Assembly: GCA_017958225.1 (NCBI GenBank)
Contig: JAGDDD010000013.1
Location: 31,863-95,862, forward strand
Source of the DNA: Alphaproteobacteria bacterium
Lineage (GTDB): Bacteria > Pseudomonadota > Alphaproteobacteria > CAAHEQ01 > UBA3637
Direction: 5' to 3'
Length of the DNA stretch: 64,000 nt
Position numbers and translations under genes: made by a program
Part shown: in pieces, positions 29,094 to 39,525 of the stretch
How the letters are laid out: every line of letters begins with the position of its first letter
Numbering within the stretch: the stretch's first letter is position 1
The notes under the pieces: generated by a model
Seen by the model: the letters and a program-made list of their open reading frames with translations, nothing else
Databases searched by the model: none
Told to the model about the DNA's origin: nothing

Positions 29094-31157
29094 TTGACAT
29101 ATAGGCATGCTTTTTTGAAACTGTGCACTGTTCTGGCCCTTTGTCTGGGGCTGGGGATTTCTGCGGCTCAGGCGGACGGCAGCAAGACATTGGGCTGCCC
29201 GGCCGGATCGCGTTGTAATCCGGTAATGGAAGGTTGGTGCCGGCAAAATGAAGCTATTTTATCCAAAAAATTATCCGGCAAGACGTTGAAACCTAAAGTG
29301 CGTATGGGTAATGTGTCGACTGTGACCAATGATTTGCTCGAGGTGTATACTTACTCTTCAACGATTGATTGCCACAGCTCATTTTGTTGTTTCCATTCTA
29401 GGACTGATACACAAGCAGCGTTGATTGGGGACATATGGGACGCCCTGAAAGAAGGCGCGGCTCGCACCAATCAACAGGTTAAAGACGCCAGGAAGGGCGA
29501 ATATCTTAGGCAAATCAAAGAATATACAAAACAATTGAAAGCCACGACAAAAGCGCTCAAAGAGCTGAAAAAGAAATTGGCTGCGAAAAATCAAACGAAA
29601 CCTACTGACCTGGACATCGACGCTTTGGGCCTTTCGGATGACATGGCAAACCAACTGAAAGAACATCTTGTCCAGGGCGATGATACGATAGATGATGCGT
29701 TAGCTGTGTATAATGAACAGCTTAAAGGTCGTTGGTGGAGAACACTGAAAGAACAGATAGCGCAGTCGTTGACAGATTTTTTAACCAATCCTTTTTTGAG
29801 CGGGCCGGTTCCCTTAATCGGAACGTTGGGGAGCAACGCTTGGGATGCGTATAAAGAGAAGAAAAAAGCCCAAGAGGAAGCCAATCAGAAGGCCAACGAA
29901 GGCGACGGAGAGGGCGGGGAAGACTCCGAGCAAGCCTCTGGCGAAACGGTGGATATGCCTTACTTCCTGTTGGCTATCTTGGATAAAAATAATGCGGCGA
30001 TTGATTGTTGGTTGTGTCCTTTATTGGAAAGAATATTTGTAATCGGCGACGGGCTGGCGACGCGTCTGTATGCGGTGATGCGTGATGGTATGTTGGCGCT
30101 TGTCGGCGTGGTTACGGTCTTGGTGATGATGTGGATGATTGTCAAAGTCTTTATTGATTTTACAGGCAAATCAGCCCGATCTTTTTTACAACAACTGGCT
30201 GGCTTTTTGGCGCGGGTGCTTATCGTAGCCCTGTTGTTGGTGCAATCTCCCAGCTTTATTGGCGAATGGTTCTTGACGCCGTTGATTAATTTTAGTGTGG
30301 GCATGAGCGTGCAATTTATGTCCGGCGAAGACATGACACAGTCGGCACATATCAATTATTTTAACGAACATTTCAATAAAGAAGATAATATTATGGGCTG
30401 CATTCACAGCACAGATTTTTGGCAAACAAATGAGGACTTGCTGTTCCCGAAAACAACGTGTAATACCTTGGTCGGGTTGGTGCAACTCATCTCCATAGAA
30501 TTGTCGACGCCTATTCAATATGGTCAGGCGCTGATAGCGTATGGTTGGTCGGATTTGAAATGGTTTATTTTCCCTCGTTTCACCGACATTATTGCCGGTG
30601 CCATTATGGCGGGCTTCTTCTTTATCTTGCTGATAGTGGTGCCCTTTAAAGTGGTGGATATTTTTGCGCAATTGGCCTGCGTCGGGTGCTTGTTACCTTT
30701 GGCCATTGTGCTGTTTGCCTTCCCGACCACGCGTAAGTATACCCAAAATATGTGGCAATTGTTTGTCGCCTGTATTATTCAATTGATGGTGCTGGCGTTG
30801 ATGGCGTCCATTGTGATTGCTATGTTCACGGCTGGCATGAGTCAATCCACAAATACCTCTGTTTTAGAGTTGTTTTTGGAAGGCAAAGATAAAGCGGCGG
30901 CTGATGCTTTGAAAATGGGCGGCGTTGGTATTTTGTTCTTTATTGCCATGGCGTTGCTCGGTTGGAAATTGATTGGTCAGGCGGGCGCCTTTGCGCAGCA
31001 GTTGGGTGGCGCGCTCAATTTAGGCTTGGGTCAAGCTTTGTCCGGCGCGGTCGGTTGGGCAACCTCACGTTTAGGCTTTGTGGTCGGCGGGGCGAGCGTC
31101 TTGGGCGTCAAGTTGATGAAGAAAAAAGAAGGCGGAGGAGAAGGAGGCGGCAGCTGA
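29094..31157 (+). CDS. Paralog 3 of the tandem family, with a ~190-aa Lys-rich coiled-coil insertion in the periplasmic N-domain
   Basis: TTG start after GGAGAGG (the ORF-track GTG at 29064 is inside the operator). Motifs GCPAGSRCNPVMEGWCRQN, DCWLCPLLE, MGCIH, VPFKVVDIFAQL and LFAFPTTRKYT. C-terminal Gly/Glu-rich tail. Confidence 0.5.
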   Translation: MTYRHAFLKLCTVLALCLGLGISAAQADGSKTLGCPAGSRCNPVMEGWCRQNEAILSKKLSGKTLKPKVRMGNVSTVTNDLLEVYTYSSTIDCHSSFCCFHSRTDTQAALIGDIWDALKEGAARTNQQVKDARKGEYLRQIKEYTKQLKATTKALKELKKKLAAKNQTKPTDLDIDALGLSDDMANQLKEHLVQGDDTIDDALAVYNEQLKGRWWRTLKEQIAQSLTDFLTNPFLSGPVPLIGTLGSNAWDAYKEKKKAQEEANQKANEGDGEGGEDSEQASGETVDMPYFLLAILDKNNAAIDCWLCPLLERIFVIGDGLATRLYAVMRDGMLALVGVVTVLVMMWMIVKVFIDFTGKSARSFLQQLAGFLARVLIVALLLVQSPSFIGEWFLTPLINFSVGMSVQFMSGEDMTQSAHINYFNEHFNKEDNIMGCIHSTDFWQTNEDLLFPKTTCNTLVGLVQLISIELSTPIQYGQALIAYGWSDLKWFIFPRFTDIIAGAIMAGFFFILLIVVPFKVVDIFAQLACVGCLLPLAIVLFAFPTTRKYTQNMWQLFVACIIQLMVLALMASIVIAMFTAGMSQSTNTSVLELFLEGKDKAAADALKMGGVGILFFIAMALLGWKLIGQAGAFAQQLGGALNLGLGQALSGAVGWATSRLGFVVGGASVLGVKLMKKKEGGGEGGGS

Positions 31158-31158
31158 T

Positions 31159-33063
31159 ATGCGTAACTTTTTCCACTCCTTGAAAATATGGGTCACCACC
31201 CTGTTACTTCCCGGGCTGTTGCTGGGGTGTGCAGCGGCGAAAGTCGAAACAAGCGCCACAACAGATGAGTGTGTTTCTTGCGACTTGGCAGTGACCATTT
31301 TTGACGCCATCAATAGTTTGGCGGAAAACGTGATGCAAAATATGTGTCACATAGGTTTGGTTTTGTTGGGTATTTGTTATGCGCTGTGGTTGTTGATTGC
31401 GGTCAGCAACGGTTTGTTGAAAGGCCAACGTGTGGACCGCGACTTCTTTATTATCCAGGTGACGATGTTGGCGAAGGTGGTAGGCGTTGGGATTTTGCTG
31501 TCCAACGTCGATTTCCTGTATTACATTTGTCAGACGATTATCAATCCGTTTTTGCGTGTCTTCTTTGATTTTGCCGCCTGGATTATGCGACAAGGTGCAG
31601 AAACGTCTGGCTTGGCGACCGGCCACAATTTGCCGGCCAATCCGGCCAGAGCTTCCAATGTCTTGGATCCGTTGCTGATTGCAAGTGTGCGGACGGTTGT
31701 CTTCTATATTCAAATCTTTATCGACACCTTAAGACTTTGGGGCGCACGGTTTTACATTGAATGGCCCATTAATGCCGTGGTTGGCTGGTTGGGTCTTTTT
31801 GTGATTTTGTTAAGTTACACTATGTCGTTGGCCTTTTCGTTCCTTTTGTTGGAGCCATTCTTCCGCTTGGCGTTGTTTTTGGTGTTGATGCCGGTGTGGG
31901 CTGTGGCTTGGTGTTTTTCGGCAACACAGGGGATGGCCATAGCCGCGATGAAAAAGATTGTTGTGGCGGCCGGCCAGATGTTTTTAACCTCCATTTATTT
32001 TGCCATCTTATTTATTTTCATTGTCGCCTATACCTCGTATTTGGATATCCCGTCGCTGGCTCTATCTCATCCCATTATGTTGGCGTGGTCAGCGCAAGGC
32101 AATATCTCCGCTTGGCTATATTTCATTTCCTTCTGCCTGTTGTATTATTTCTTACAGGGGATGAATACATCCATTGGCTATGTTTTAAACGAAGATTTGA
32201 GTAGCTTTATCGGTCATGATTTCTTGAAGGGCTTGGATGGGTTGATTAAGCAAATGATTAATCTGATCAAGTTGCATGTTAAACTGGCCAAGGAAGCCCT
32301 GAAGATTGCCGCATGGACTGTGGCTACGGTTGCAACCGGCGGTGCGATGGCTGTGCCTGCCGCAACCAAGGCTACTATCAGAGCTACGCTTGCCGCGATT
32401 AAGACGACGGTTAAGACCGCTGCCAGACTCGTAGCTATGCAGACGAAACGGGTGATCAAAAGCGCCTTTACGGCGACAGGTCGCATGCTCAAGAAGGCGG
32501 CCATGTCCGTTGGCAAGACCATACAGGCTATGGGTCGGTCTGTCTGGAACGGGGTCAAGAGATTTGCGACAAAGGCCGGCATTCCCAAGATGGCCAAAAA
32601 ACTGGTATCTGCTTGGCGTATTGCCAAACAATGGACTGCCAACGGCTTCAACTGGGTGCGTTCTGCGCCGCGTAAACTGTTTGAGCGTCTGAAGAATTTC
32701 AACTTCCTCGAGTGGTTGAAAAAATTGGGCAGGAGAAGGACGCCTTCGCCCATCAAAAAAAGCTTTGTCCAAAGAATCCGCGACTTCTACAGGCGTAAAA
32801 AAGCGTCTCCTCCGCCCCCGCGGCCACGCCCGAAGACAGAAGAGAAAAAGCCTAAGCCCAAGAAGAAAAAGCCGTTGTGGAAACGCATTGCCGACAGATG
32901 GTTGAAAAACACCGGCTGGGTGGATGCGCAGGATAACGGAACTTACAGCAATATGAACGCTGTCCGAGATACGGTCAACGAAGAAGGGGAAGAGCAGCGG
33001 AGCCCGTCTCACCACGACTATACAAAGGGCGGCTCGTCTTCCGAGTCGGACGAAGGGAGTTAA
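31159..33063 (+). CDS. Paralog 4 (divergent) of the tandem family. Lipoprotein-type signal (LLGC), polytopic core, basic/Pro-rich C-terminal tail
   Basis: The core aligns by eye to the paralog 1-3 block: DECVSC...IFD...LVLLGICYALWLLIAVSNG...DRDF matches DCWLC...IFV...LLGV...MWMVFRV...SRAF. Starts 2 nt after the paralog 3 stop, consistent with an operon. Confidence 0.4.
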   Translation: MRNFFHSLKIWVTTLLLPGLLLGCAAAKVETSATTDECVSCDLAVTIFDAINSLAENVMQNMCHIGLVLLGICYALWLLIAVSNGLLKGQRVDRDFFIIQVTMLAKVVGVGILLSNVDFLYYICQTIINPFLRVFFDFAAWIMRQGAETSGLATGHNLPANPARASNVLDPLLIASVRTVVFYIQIFIDTLRLWGARFYIEWPINAVVGWLGLFVILLSYTMSLAFSFLLLEPFFRLALFLVLMPVWAVAWCFSATQGMAIAAMKKIVVAAGQMFLTSIYFAILFIFIVAYTSYLDIPSLALSHPIMLAWSAQGNISAWLYFISFCLLYYFLQGMNTSIGYVLNEDLSSFIGHDFLKGLDGLIKQMINLIKLHVKLAKEALKIAAWTVATVATGGAMAVPAATKATIRATLAAIKTTVKTAARLVAMQTKRVIKSAFTATGRMLKKAAMSVGKTIQAMGRSVWNGVKRFATKAGIPKMAKKLVSAWRIAKQWTANGFNWVRSAPRKLFERLKNFNFLEWLKKLGRRRTPSPIKKSFVQRIRDFYRRKKASPPPPRPRPKTEEKKPKPKKKKPLWKRIADRWLKNTGWVDAQDNGTYSNMNAVRDTVNEEGEEQRSPSHHDYTKGGSSSESDEGS

Positions 33064-33065
33064 AC

Positions 33066-34883
33066 ATGTTTAAGAAGCTGTCTTTCAAAAAGCGTTCCCT
33101 TTTATTTGTCGAGGCCGTGTTGTTGGCGTTGGTGGCCTGGGGTCTGGTTTCTCTGCCGCCCTCCTTTGTGACGGTTGCCGGGATCGTTGCTTGGTGTATG
33201 GTGGCGCTGTTGTTGATTGTGGTTATAGGCACATATTGCGTGTATAAACATCGGCATTGGTTATGTTTCCTCGGTTGTTTGTTCATCATGGCCGGCGCTG
33301 CGCACGCTGATATTGCTTATATTCAAGTTGAGCCTATGTCTGAAGGGGAAAATCAATGTCATGTCGTGGCCAAAGCCAGGACCGCTGCAGAAGGGGACAG
33401 CGAGGTGACGCAAGAACAACTAGACACCTGGATGCAAGAGGGTCTTGATATTTTCAAACCGTTCCAGTGTGACGAATGTCAGAAGCAACATGTATCATCA
33501 GAATACGAAACCAAAATGAAGCAGATGTCAGCCCAGAAAGGCCTGCTGGAAACCGAAAAGCCTTGGGATGACGAGAAGAAAAAACAGGTGTTTTTAATCG
33601 AAGCCACTTTGGCTTATTATCAACACTGTAAAATGTTTGAAGATGCTGATGGCTGCAAAACCCCGCGTCAATATGCCGAAGACGATCAAAAAGATTGTTA
33701 TACTTGTATGTTGGTTGGCTTGGCGATAACCGCCGTTGATGTCACTACTTTAATTTTTGAAGGATATGTCAGCCAGTATATGCTTGTTGTTCTGGCCTTA
33801 TGTTTTTGTTTATGGTTGATGTGGATGGTGGCGCGTTGCCTGATTGGTGTAGACGACGGGGTCACGTTTGCCGGCGCTGTTTTTGCTAAAGTTCTGTGGT
33901 TCATCCTGATTGTTTTGCTATTGCAACAGCCTGTATCGTGGGTGCTGGAAACGTTGACCGTGCCGTTTGCTCGCCTGAGCGGATGGATGGCACAAGTGAC
34001 GTCGGACGCTACCGCCTTGGGCGAAACGACGTCGCCTATTTCCACAACGGAAAGTCGGGTAGCGATGCCCAATTATTGTGCAGATAACACGCAATGGGAT
34101 AGTTCCAAATATCTGAAATATATCCCGCGGTATCAACAATCAGATAAAGATGTTTCCATCTTGGGGCCTGAAATTAAAAACGCGGTTATGTGCCCGGTAT
34201 ATAATAATTTCAAGGTTGTTGTCACTTCGTTGGCAGTAGGGCAAGCTTTAACGTGCCGTGCGCGCTATGTCAATTCGGGGACCCAGGCCGAAGACGAGGC
34301 TGACAAACATGTTTTCGCGGATGTGAATCTGATGGTAACCGGCTTGATATTGACTATTGCCAGTTATTTTATCATGTTCTTGCTACCTTATTTCATGGTG
34401 GAAGTTGTGCTGCGCATGGCGTTGTTCTTTGTGCCATTCCCGATTTGGTGTTTGGCTTTGATGTATAAGCCAACCCGTGGCTTTGCCACACGCGCATTTA
34501 CGGTGTTTGTGCATGCACTGTTGTGTTTGGTGACGTTGTCCATTGCGGCCGCCTTTATTACGGAAGCTTTTGTGACAGTGGTTACGCCGACGGCAGAAGC
34601 CGCCATCATTATCAGGAACGTGTTGAATGATCCGAAGGGCAGCGTTGAGCCGTTGGTCGAGCTGTTTAGTGTATCTAAAAACTTCAAAATGGCCATTATG
34701 TTCATTATTTTGAGTTGGTTTACGTATCGGATTTTGGCGTTGTCCGTGCTTTTTGCTGACAAGATATTAGGGGCGTCCATGGGGAGCGCGGCCTCGGCCT
34801 TTGGTGCGAGCGTGCACAAGAGCTTTATTGCTATACGTGATGCTGTGCGCAAGGCTATTACAGATGCCGCCACGCCTTCGTGA
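33066..34883 (+). CDS. Paralog 5 (divergent) of the tandem family, polytopic membrane protein
   Basis: DCYTCMLVGLA...LWLMWMVARCLIG...FAG block resembles the DCWLC...MWMVFRVLADFSG block. Starts 3 nt after the paralog 4 stop. Confidence 0.35.
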   Translation: MFKKLSFKKRSLLFVEAVLLALVAWGLVSLPPSFVTVAGIVAWCMVALLLIVVIGTYCVYKHRHWLCFLGCLFIMAGAAHADIAYIQVEPMSEGENQCHVVAKARTAAEGDSEVTQEQLDTWMQEGLDIFKPFQCDECQKQHVSSEYETKMKQMSAQKGLLETEKPWDDEKKKQVFLIEATLAYYQHCKMFEDADGCKTPRQYAEDDQKDCYTCMLVGLAITAVDVTTLIFEGYVSQYMLVVLALCFCLWLMWMVARCLIGVDDGVTFAGAVFAKVLWFILIVLLLQQPVSWVLETLTVPFARLSGWMAQVTSDATALGETTSPISTTESRVAMPNYCADNTQWDSSKYLKYIPRYQQSDKDVSILGPEIKNAVMCPVYNNFKVVVTSLAVGQALTCRARYVNSGTQAEDEADKHVFADVNLMVTGLILTIASYFIMFLLPYFMVEVVLRMALFFVPFPIWCLALMYKPTRGFATRAFTVFVHALLCLVTLSIAAAFITEAFVTVVTPTAEAAIIIRNVLNDPKGSVEPLVELFSVSKNFKMAIMFIILSWFTYRILALSVLFADKILGASMGSAASAFGASVHKSFIAIRDAVRKAITDAATPS

Positions 34884-34920
34884 TGCTTGTTTGGCCAGAG
34901 AAAATCTTATTTTTAAAAAA

Positions 34921-34950
34921 ATAGACAATTTTTGTTGTTTTTTTGTCTAT
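34921..34950 (+). promoter_or_regulatory. Related operator variant ATAGACAA-N14-TTGTCTAT (perfect 8-bp arms) upstream of the XRE regulator gene, followed by a TATAAAAT -10-like box
   Basis: Same TAGACA/TGTCTA half-sites as copies 1-3, but with a longer spacer. Confidence 0.45.
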
Positions 34951-34997
34951 TTTTGTGGTATAAAATCTGATATAAAAGTAAGGGTAAGGAGTTTTTT

Positions 34998-35957
34998 ATG
35001 GAAGAGATCGTATTTCCCAATCAGATTCGTATGTTAAGACGCATGCGCGGTAAGACCATGAAGTCGTTGGCAGATGAGCTGGGCGTCAGTTTGTCGGCTG
35101 TCAGTAAAATTGAAAAAGGCTATCGCGCCATTAACGAACAACAACTGCAACGCATTGTGACTTTTTTGGATTGCCCGAAAGAGAGCGTGTTTGTTTATGA
35201 AACGACATCGCAGCCGGAAGTTGTCCATTCGTGGAAAAAAGAACAGGAGCGTCGCAAACAAATCAACGAGACCAGCGGTCTGAAAACCTTAGGTGCCGGC
35301 TTGCGTTATTTGCGCGGGCAAAAACGTTTGACGTTGCAGGATGTGGCGCGTGGTGCGCGGATGACCTTGTCGGTTTATCATCGCATAGAAATGGGGCAGC
35401 GCGAGGTGGATGAGACGCAGTTACAGCGAATCGCGCATGCTTTGGGACTGAGCACAGAAGCTTTGCAAATGCAGGTGTATGAATTGGATATGGCTGGCGC
35501 GTTAAAGGCCTTTAAGAAGGGGGATAAACCAGGCATTTTTCACTCTAAAGGCGGTTACAATGACCTGCCCATGAATGAGAAACTGTTATACACGCCCAAG
35601 ATTGCGTTGGTGGGACAGGAAGACGGACAGGGCGTCTTGACGGTGGATGCGGACCATCCGGTGGATATGTTGGAAGCCGAGTTTTTACACATCCCCGCGT
35701 TGTATGCGTTGGTGGTGTCGGCACGTCGGTTGAGTTTGCCCGGCAAGCGCGTGATGTTATTTGTGGATAAAAGTTTGACGCCCGCTGTGGGAGATGTGGC
35801 GGTCGTCGAAGTGAGTGAAAAACAGGTAGAGGTTGGCTATTTGCGTCAAAAGGGAGAGGCTTTTTGTTTGGAAAATTGTGCGACGAATACGCCGTATGAC
35901 GTATCGCCCGAACAACTGAAAACGGCGCATAAAGTTACCTATATTCATTTCTTGTGA
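34998..35957 (+). CDS. Dual helix-turn-helix XRE-family transcriptional regulator (two HTH_XRE domains plus a ~120-aa C-terminal domain)
   Basis: Two copies of the XRE HTH pattern (LRRMRGKTMKSLADELGVSLSAVSKIEKG and LRYLRGQKRLTLQDVARGARMTLSVYHRIEMG). RBS AAGGAG before the ATG. Confidence 0.7.
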   Translation: MEEIVFPNQIRMLRRMRGKTMKSLADELGVSLSAVSKIEKGYRAINEQQLQRIVTFLDCPKESVFVYETTSQPEVVHSWKKEQERRKQINETSGLKTLGAGLRYLRGQKRLTLQDVARGARMTLSVYHRIEMGQREVDETQLQRIAHALGLSTEALQMQVYELDMAGALKAFKKGDKPGIFHSKGGYNDLPMNEKLLYTPKIALVGQEDGQGVLTVDADHPVDMLEAEFLHIPALYALVVSARRLSLPGKRVMLFVDKSLTPAVGDVAVVEVSEKQVEVGYLRQKGEAFCLENCATNTPYDVSPEQLKTAHKVTYIHFL

Positions 35958-35965
35958 GGTTGATT

Positions 35966-36835
35966 ATGGTTTATACAATCAGAGATTGGCAGAAAGCAAA
36001 GCAGAAAAAAGAAGGCGACGAAACCCCGATTGCGGTGGCGCGTCGGCTGATGAATCTGTTCCGCCAAATGGCGCATTTGGACGATCACTCTATGGAGCAA
36101 TTTAACCAAATGCTGTTGGCCGCGGATGCGGAAGCACTGACCGCTTTGAACTCAATTCCCGGCGGTAATGAATTACACGAATATCGCACTTATTTGCGCA
36201 ATAAAGCAGCAGGGGCTAATGCTTCTGGTGCGTCGGGTGCAGAGGATGCGGCGGACGAGCCGGTGGATATCACCAGCATGGAAGCTGCGTTGTTGCCGCC
36301 TGCCGAGGCTTTGTCGCCGTTGTGGAGCACATGGGGTGGCGGCGCTGTCGGCGGAGCCTCGACGGATCATGTCTTGACGGAAACAAAGATTCAATCGTTG
36401 GCCGGTGATATGTCAGCCTGCGCCGGCGAAACTTTGGCGTCTATTGAAAAGGACGCGTTGGCGCGCTATGACGATTATCAGCAAAAAATTATTCGTTTGT
36501 TGGAGTCGCTTGTCATTGATTCTGATGTGCAAAAAATGCAGACTAATTTGGCTGATACCGTTGAAAAAATCCATCGGGTTCAGGCGCAACAAAAACAAGA
36601 TTTGCAAGACAGTCAGCGTCGTAACAAGGCAGCTTTATGTGATACCATCAATCAGCGGGCTATCGCGATTTTACATGGGCAAAGTGCCAGTGCGCCGCAT
36701 ACTTTTGACGAGGTTGTGATTGAGGAAATGACCGAAGCCGATAAACCAACATCCGAACAGGTGGCTCAATTGTTGCGTCAGCAGCAAAATGACGCCCCTA
36801 AGTTTTCGGTGCAACCAGTGGGCGAGGACGAGTGA
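35966..36835 (+). CDS. Hypothetical protein (289 aa), Ala/Gln-rich, coiled-coil-like
   Basis: ATG after GAGGT. Start-stop overlap with the XRE gene suggests co-transcription. Confidence 0.45.
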   Translation: MVYTIRDWQKAKQKKEGDETPIAVARRLMNLFRQMAHLDDHSMEQFNQMLLAADAEALTALNSIPGGNELHEYRTYLRNKAAGANASGASGAEDAADEPVDITSMEAALLPPAEALSPLWSTWGGGAVGGASTDHVLTETKIQSLAGDMSACAGETLASIEKDALARYDDYQQKIIRLLESLVIDSDVQKMQTNLADTVEKIHRVQAQQKQDLQDSQRRNKAALCDTINQRAIAILHGQSASAPHTFDEVVIEEMTEADKPTSEQVAQLLRQQQNDAPKFSVQPVGEDE

Positions 36836-36896
36836 ACTTTAAGCAAATATTAACTATGACGCGATACACTATAATTCAAAGAAAAAGGAGATAGAC

Positions 36897-38402
36897 ATGG
36901 TAAATGACCCTTCTTTACAAGCAGTAATCGATGCCTTGACAATGTATCAAAATGACCTGGAGACATTGCAGGCTGTGGTCAAGGCGGCAGAAGCGTCTTT
37001 GGGGGATGATTGGATCTCTCTGTTGCCTTCCGTTTTGGACAAGGCAGAATTAGAAGCGTCTCAAAAAGATTTGCTGAAGGAACGCGCCGATCATGCTATC
37101 CACTATTATGGTGCGACAGCCGCTTATTCCGAAATTCAAGAATATTTGAAAGATCCGGCGCAATTGGATAAAACGCAAGTGGCGGCCCGGTTGCCCGTCT
37201 TGGAATATTGGATGGAGTTTTTTGGCGACGAAGGCATGAACTTGGTGCGCACTTTGAAAACAAAGTTAGAGCCGGAAGAGGCTGCGTCATCTCCGCAATG
37301 GGATGCACAAGTGGAAAAAGTGCAGCAGGAAACACAAGAGGCCGAAGAAACGCCGGCTGTTGATGAACAAATGGTCGATGAATCTAAATTATTCGACAGC
37401 CCGGAAGGCACGCCGGCCGATGCGGTGGCTCAGGCGTTTGAAAATATCTTACGTCCGGATGGTAAGGCGGAACCGGAAGAGGTGGCCGAAGAGCCGGTTG
37501 AGCCTGCTCCCGTTGCCGAAGAAGCCCCCGCAGAAGTTGCTGTTAAAGAAAGTGCTGAAGAAGTGACCCCAGAGGCTGTTGAACAACCGGCCGAAGAGCC
37601 CGCCGAACAAGTGCAAGAGATTGCCGAACCGACATCTGTAGAGACGCCTGCGGAAACTGTTGAGGCGTCCGAGGAAGTGGCGCCCGTTGAACAGGAACCG
37701 GCCGCGGAAGAAATCAGTGCCCCGGAAATTGTGGAGCCGGCCCCGCAGGATGAAGTTGCCGAAATGCAAGAGCCTGCCGCCGACGATATCCCCTTGGACA
37801 AAGATTTCCCGACGACGTTGGAAGAGGCCGAAGCGCAAGCACAAGTTGAGCCCGTCCAGCGCGAAAACACAAACAAAGACTGGGAAGTGGAAAATGTGTT
37901 GCGTGAGTGGCACTTATACGAAGATGTCTTTGCCTGGTTAAATGCGCGCTCTGTGCGTTTGAAATTGTCAGACAAGAGAAACTATCCGTATTATGGTTTC
38001 TTGGTCGATTTAATGCGCACCTTGCATGATGATGCGCAGGCTTTGTTAGATAACGCTAAATATGAGGCGGTGTTGCCGACAGCGGTTGAAGGCGGTCGGG
38101 AAGCTATCGAAAGTTTGGTGGCCGCTTTGGACAAAGAGATTCTTGATTTGGCTGACGAATATCCTGCATCCGTGGAAGAACAGTTGAATCCTAAAAAGGT
38201 AGAAGATATCTTAGGTCCGTTGGACACCGGCCCTGAAGAAGATGTCGGACCGGATCCGAATGACTTTGAGGCGATTGAAGATCCTTATGAGGCTGCCAAG
38301 AAAGAAGAAGAGGCCAAAGAGGCCGCAGAAGAGGCAGCCAAAAAAGAAGAAAAGAAGTCCTCCAAAGAGAAAAAATCGAAAAAACAGGAGTCAGACGAAT
38401 GA
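36897..38402 (+). CDS. Highly acidic Glu/Pro/Ala-rich repeat protein (501 aa) with a Lys/Glu-rich C-terminal tail
   Basis: Low-complexity repeats of the form EEPVEPAPVAEEAPAEV... RBS AAGGAG. Confidence 0.55.
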   Translation: MVNDPSLQAVIDALTMYQNDLETLQAVVKAAEASLGDDWISLLPSVLDKAELEASQKDLLKERADHAIHYYGATAAYSEIQEYLKDPAQLDKTQVAARLPVLEYWMEFFGDEGMNLVRTLKTKLEPEEAASSPQWDAQVEKVQQETQEAEETPAVDEQMVDESKLFDSPEGTPADAVAQAFENILRPDGKAEPEEVAEEPVEPAPVAEEAPAEVAVKESAEEVTPEAVEQPAEEPAEQVQEIAEPTSVETPAETVEASEEVAPVEQEPAAEEISAPEIVEPAPQDEVAEMQEPAADDIPLDKDFPTTLEEAEAQAQVEPVQRENTNKDWEVENVLREWHLYEDVFAWLNARSVRLKLSDKRNYPYYGFLVDLMRTLHDDAQALLDNAKYEAVLPTAVEGGREAIESLVAALDKEILDLADEYPASVEEQLNPKKVEDILGPLDTGPEEDVGPDPNDFEAIEDPYEAAKKEEEAKEAAEEAAKKEEKKSSKEKKSKKQESDE

Positions 38403-39523
38403 AAAAATTGCTCGCTTTGCTGATGTTGTTGAGCCTCCCCGTCGGGGCCGTCGAACTGCATGATGTTGAAATGAACAAATTAAACATCGAAAAGGCGGTG
38501 CGGTGTCAAACAAGCACGCCGGCCTTGGAAGTGGTCCAAAGCGTCGTTGTGCAGCCGGGCGAATTGGTTTTGTGGCCTGTGGGCGGCGATACTTTGCCGG
38601 CCTTTAATGTGGACAAGTTTGAAGCTTCGCAAATGCCGTTGGATGCCGTGTTGCAGGAATTGGTGGCCGAAGCCGGTATCAAAGTATGTTCGGATGACGG
38701 TGTGTTTCCCAATATTGCGGTCAAGGGCTTGGAAGGCTCGTTGCAGGATGTTGTGTGGGAAATCGCTCGTTTAGGCGATGCCTTTGTGCGTTATGACGCG
38801 GTGGAAAAGACGTTGCACGTTGCGCGTCAAGCGACTTTTGAAGTGCATATGCCGGCGGGGCGTTTAGGCATGTATGCCATCATTGACGCTTTGCGCGGTG
38901 CAAAAGTTTTTGATATGAAGCCGGATTGGAGCGAAAATGTGCTCTATCTGAATTTGAACAGTGATACCTATGCCATTACGCAAAACCTGTTAGACACCAT
39001 TCGTCAACGACCGCAATTGTTGGTTTGGGACGTGAAGTTTTATCGCTTGTCTCCGGAGATTGCGGATTGGGAGCCGATTGTTAAACAATTCGGTGCTAAA
39101 CGCGTCAATTCTTCTTTGAACGGATTGGCCGGTCGCCTGTTGATTTCTGATCATCAGAAAAAAGGTTGGACAATGGTGCAGGATTTGGAGAAAAGAGGCT
39201 CGGTCACGCCGGTGTGTGAAGGAATTGCGGTCATGCCGGCCAACTTTGATGTGCTGTTTTCTTTAGGTTTGTGCAGTGACGGGCAGGGCCGTGACCTGGT
39301 GATGAATCTCAAGGGCGAGGTCTATGATACCGATAAGATGCAGACCAAGTTCTCTGTTTCCACAAAACAAGGCGAAATCACAGCCTTTGATGCCATTTAT
39401 GACATTGATGACACTTTGGATGTGATTGACTTGCCGAATACAATTTTTGGTCCAACTGCTGCACAGGTGGAATATTTTATTACAATTAAACCCCGCCTTG
39501 TGCGGTTGATGATAAGGGAGTAA
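38399..39523 (+). CDS. Exported protein with secretin-like features (N-terminal STN/secretin_N-like segment, C-terminal ...NTIFGPTAAQVEYFITIKPRLV), tentative
   Basis: Signal peptide MKKLLALLMLLSLPVGA. By-eye resemblance to secretin N-domain and C-terminal consensus. Too short (374 aa) for a canonical secretin. Confidence 0.3.
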   Translation: MKKLLALLMLLSLPVGAVELHDVEMNKLNIEKAVRCQTSTPALEVVQSVVVQPGELVLWPVGGDTLPAFNVDKFEASQMPLDAVLQELVAEAGIKVCSDDGVFPNIAVKGLEGSLQDVVWEIARLGDAFVRYDAVEKTLHVARQATFEVHMPAGRLGMYAIIDALRGAKVFDMKPDWSENVLYLNLNSDTYAITQNLLDTIRQRPQLLVWDVKFYRLSPEIADWEPIVKQFGAKRVNSSLNGLAGRLLISDHQKKGWTMVQDLEKRGSVTPVCEGIAVMPANFDVLFSLGLCSDGQGRDLVMNLKGEVYDTDKMQTKFSVSTKQGEITAFDAIYDIDDTLDVIDLPNTIFGPTAAQVEYFITIKPRLVRLMIRE

Positions 39524-39525
39524 TT

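Noticed and set aside
37430-37975. 181-aa and 154-aa minus-strand ORFs within the acidic-repeat gene
   Set aside because: Produced by the low-complexity GAA/GCC-rich repeats on the opposite strand (Ser/Gly/Phe/Arg strings). This is a repeat artefact.
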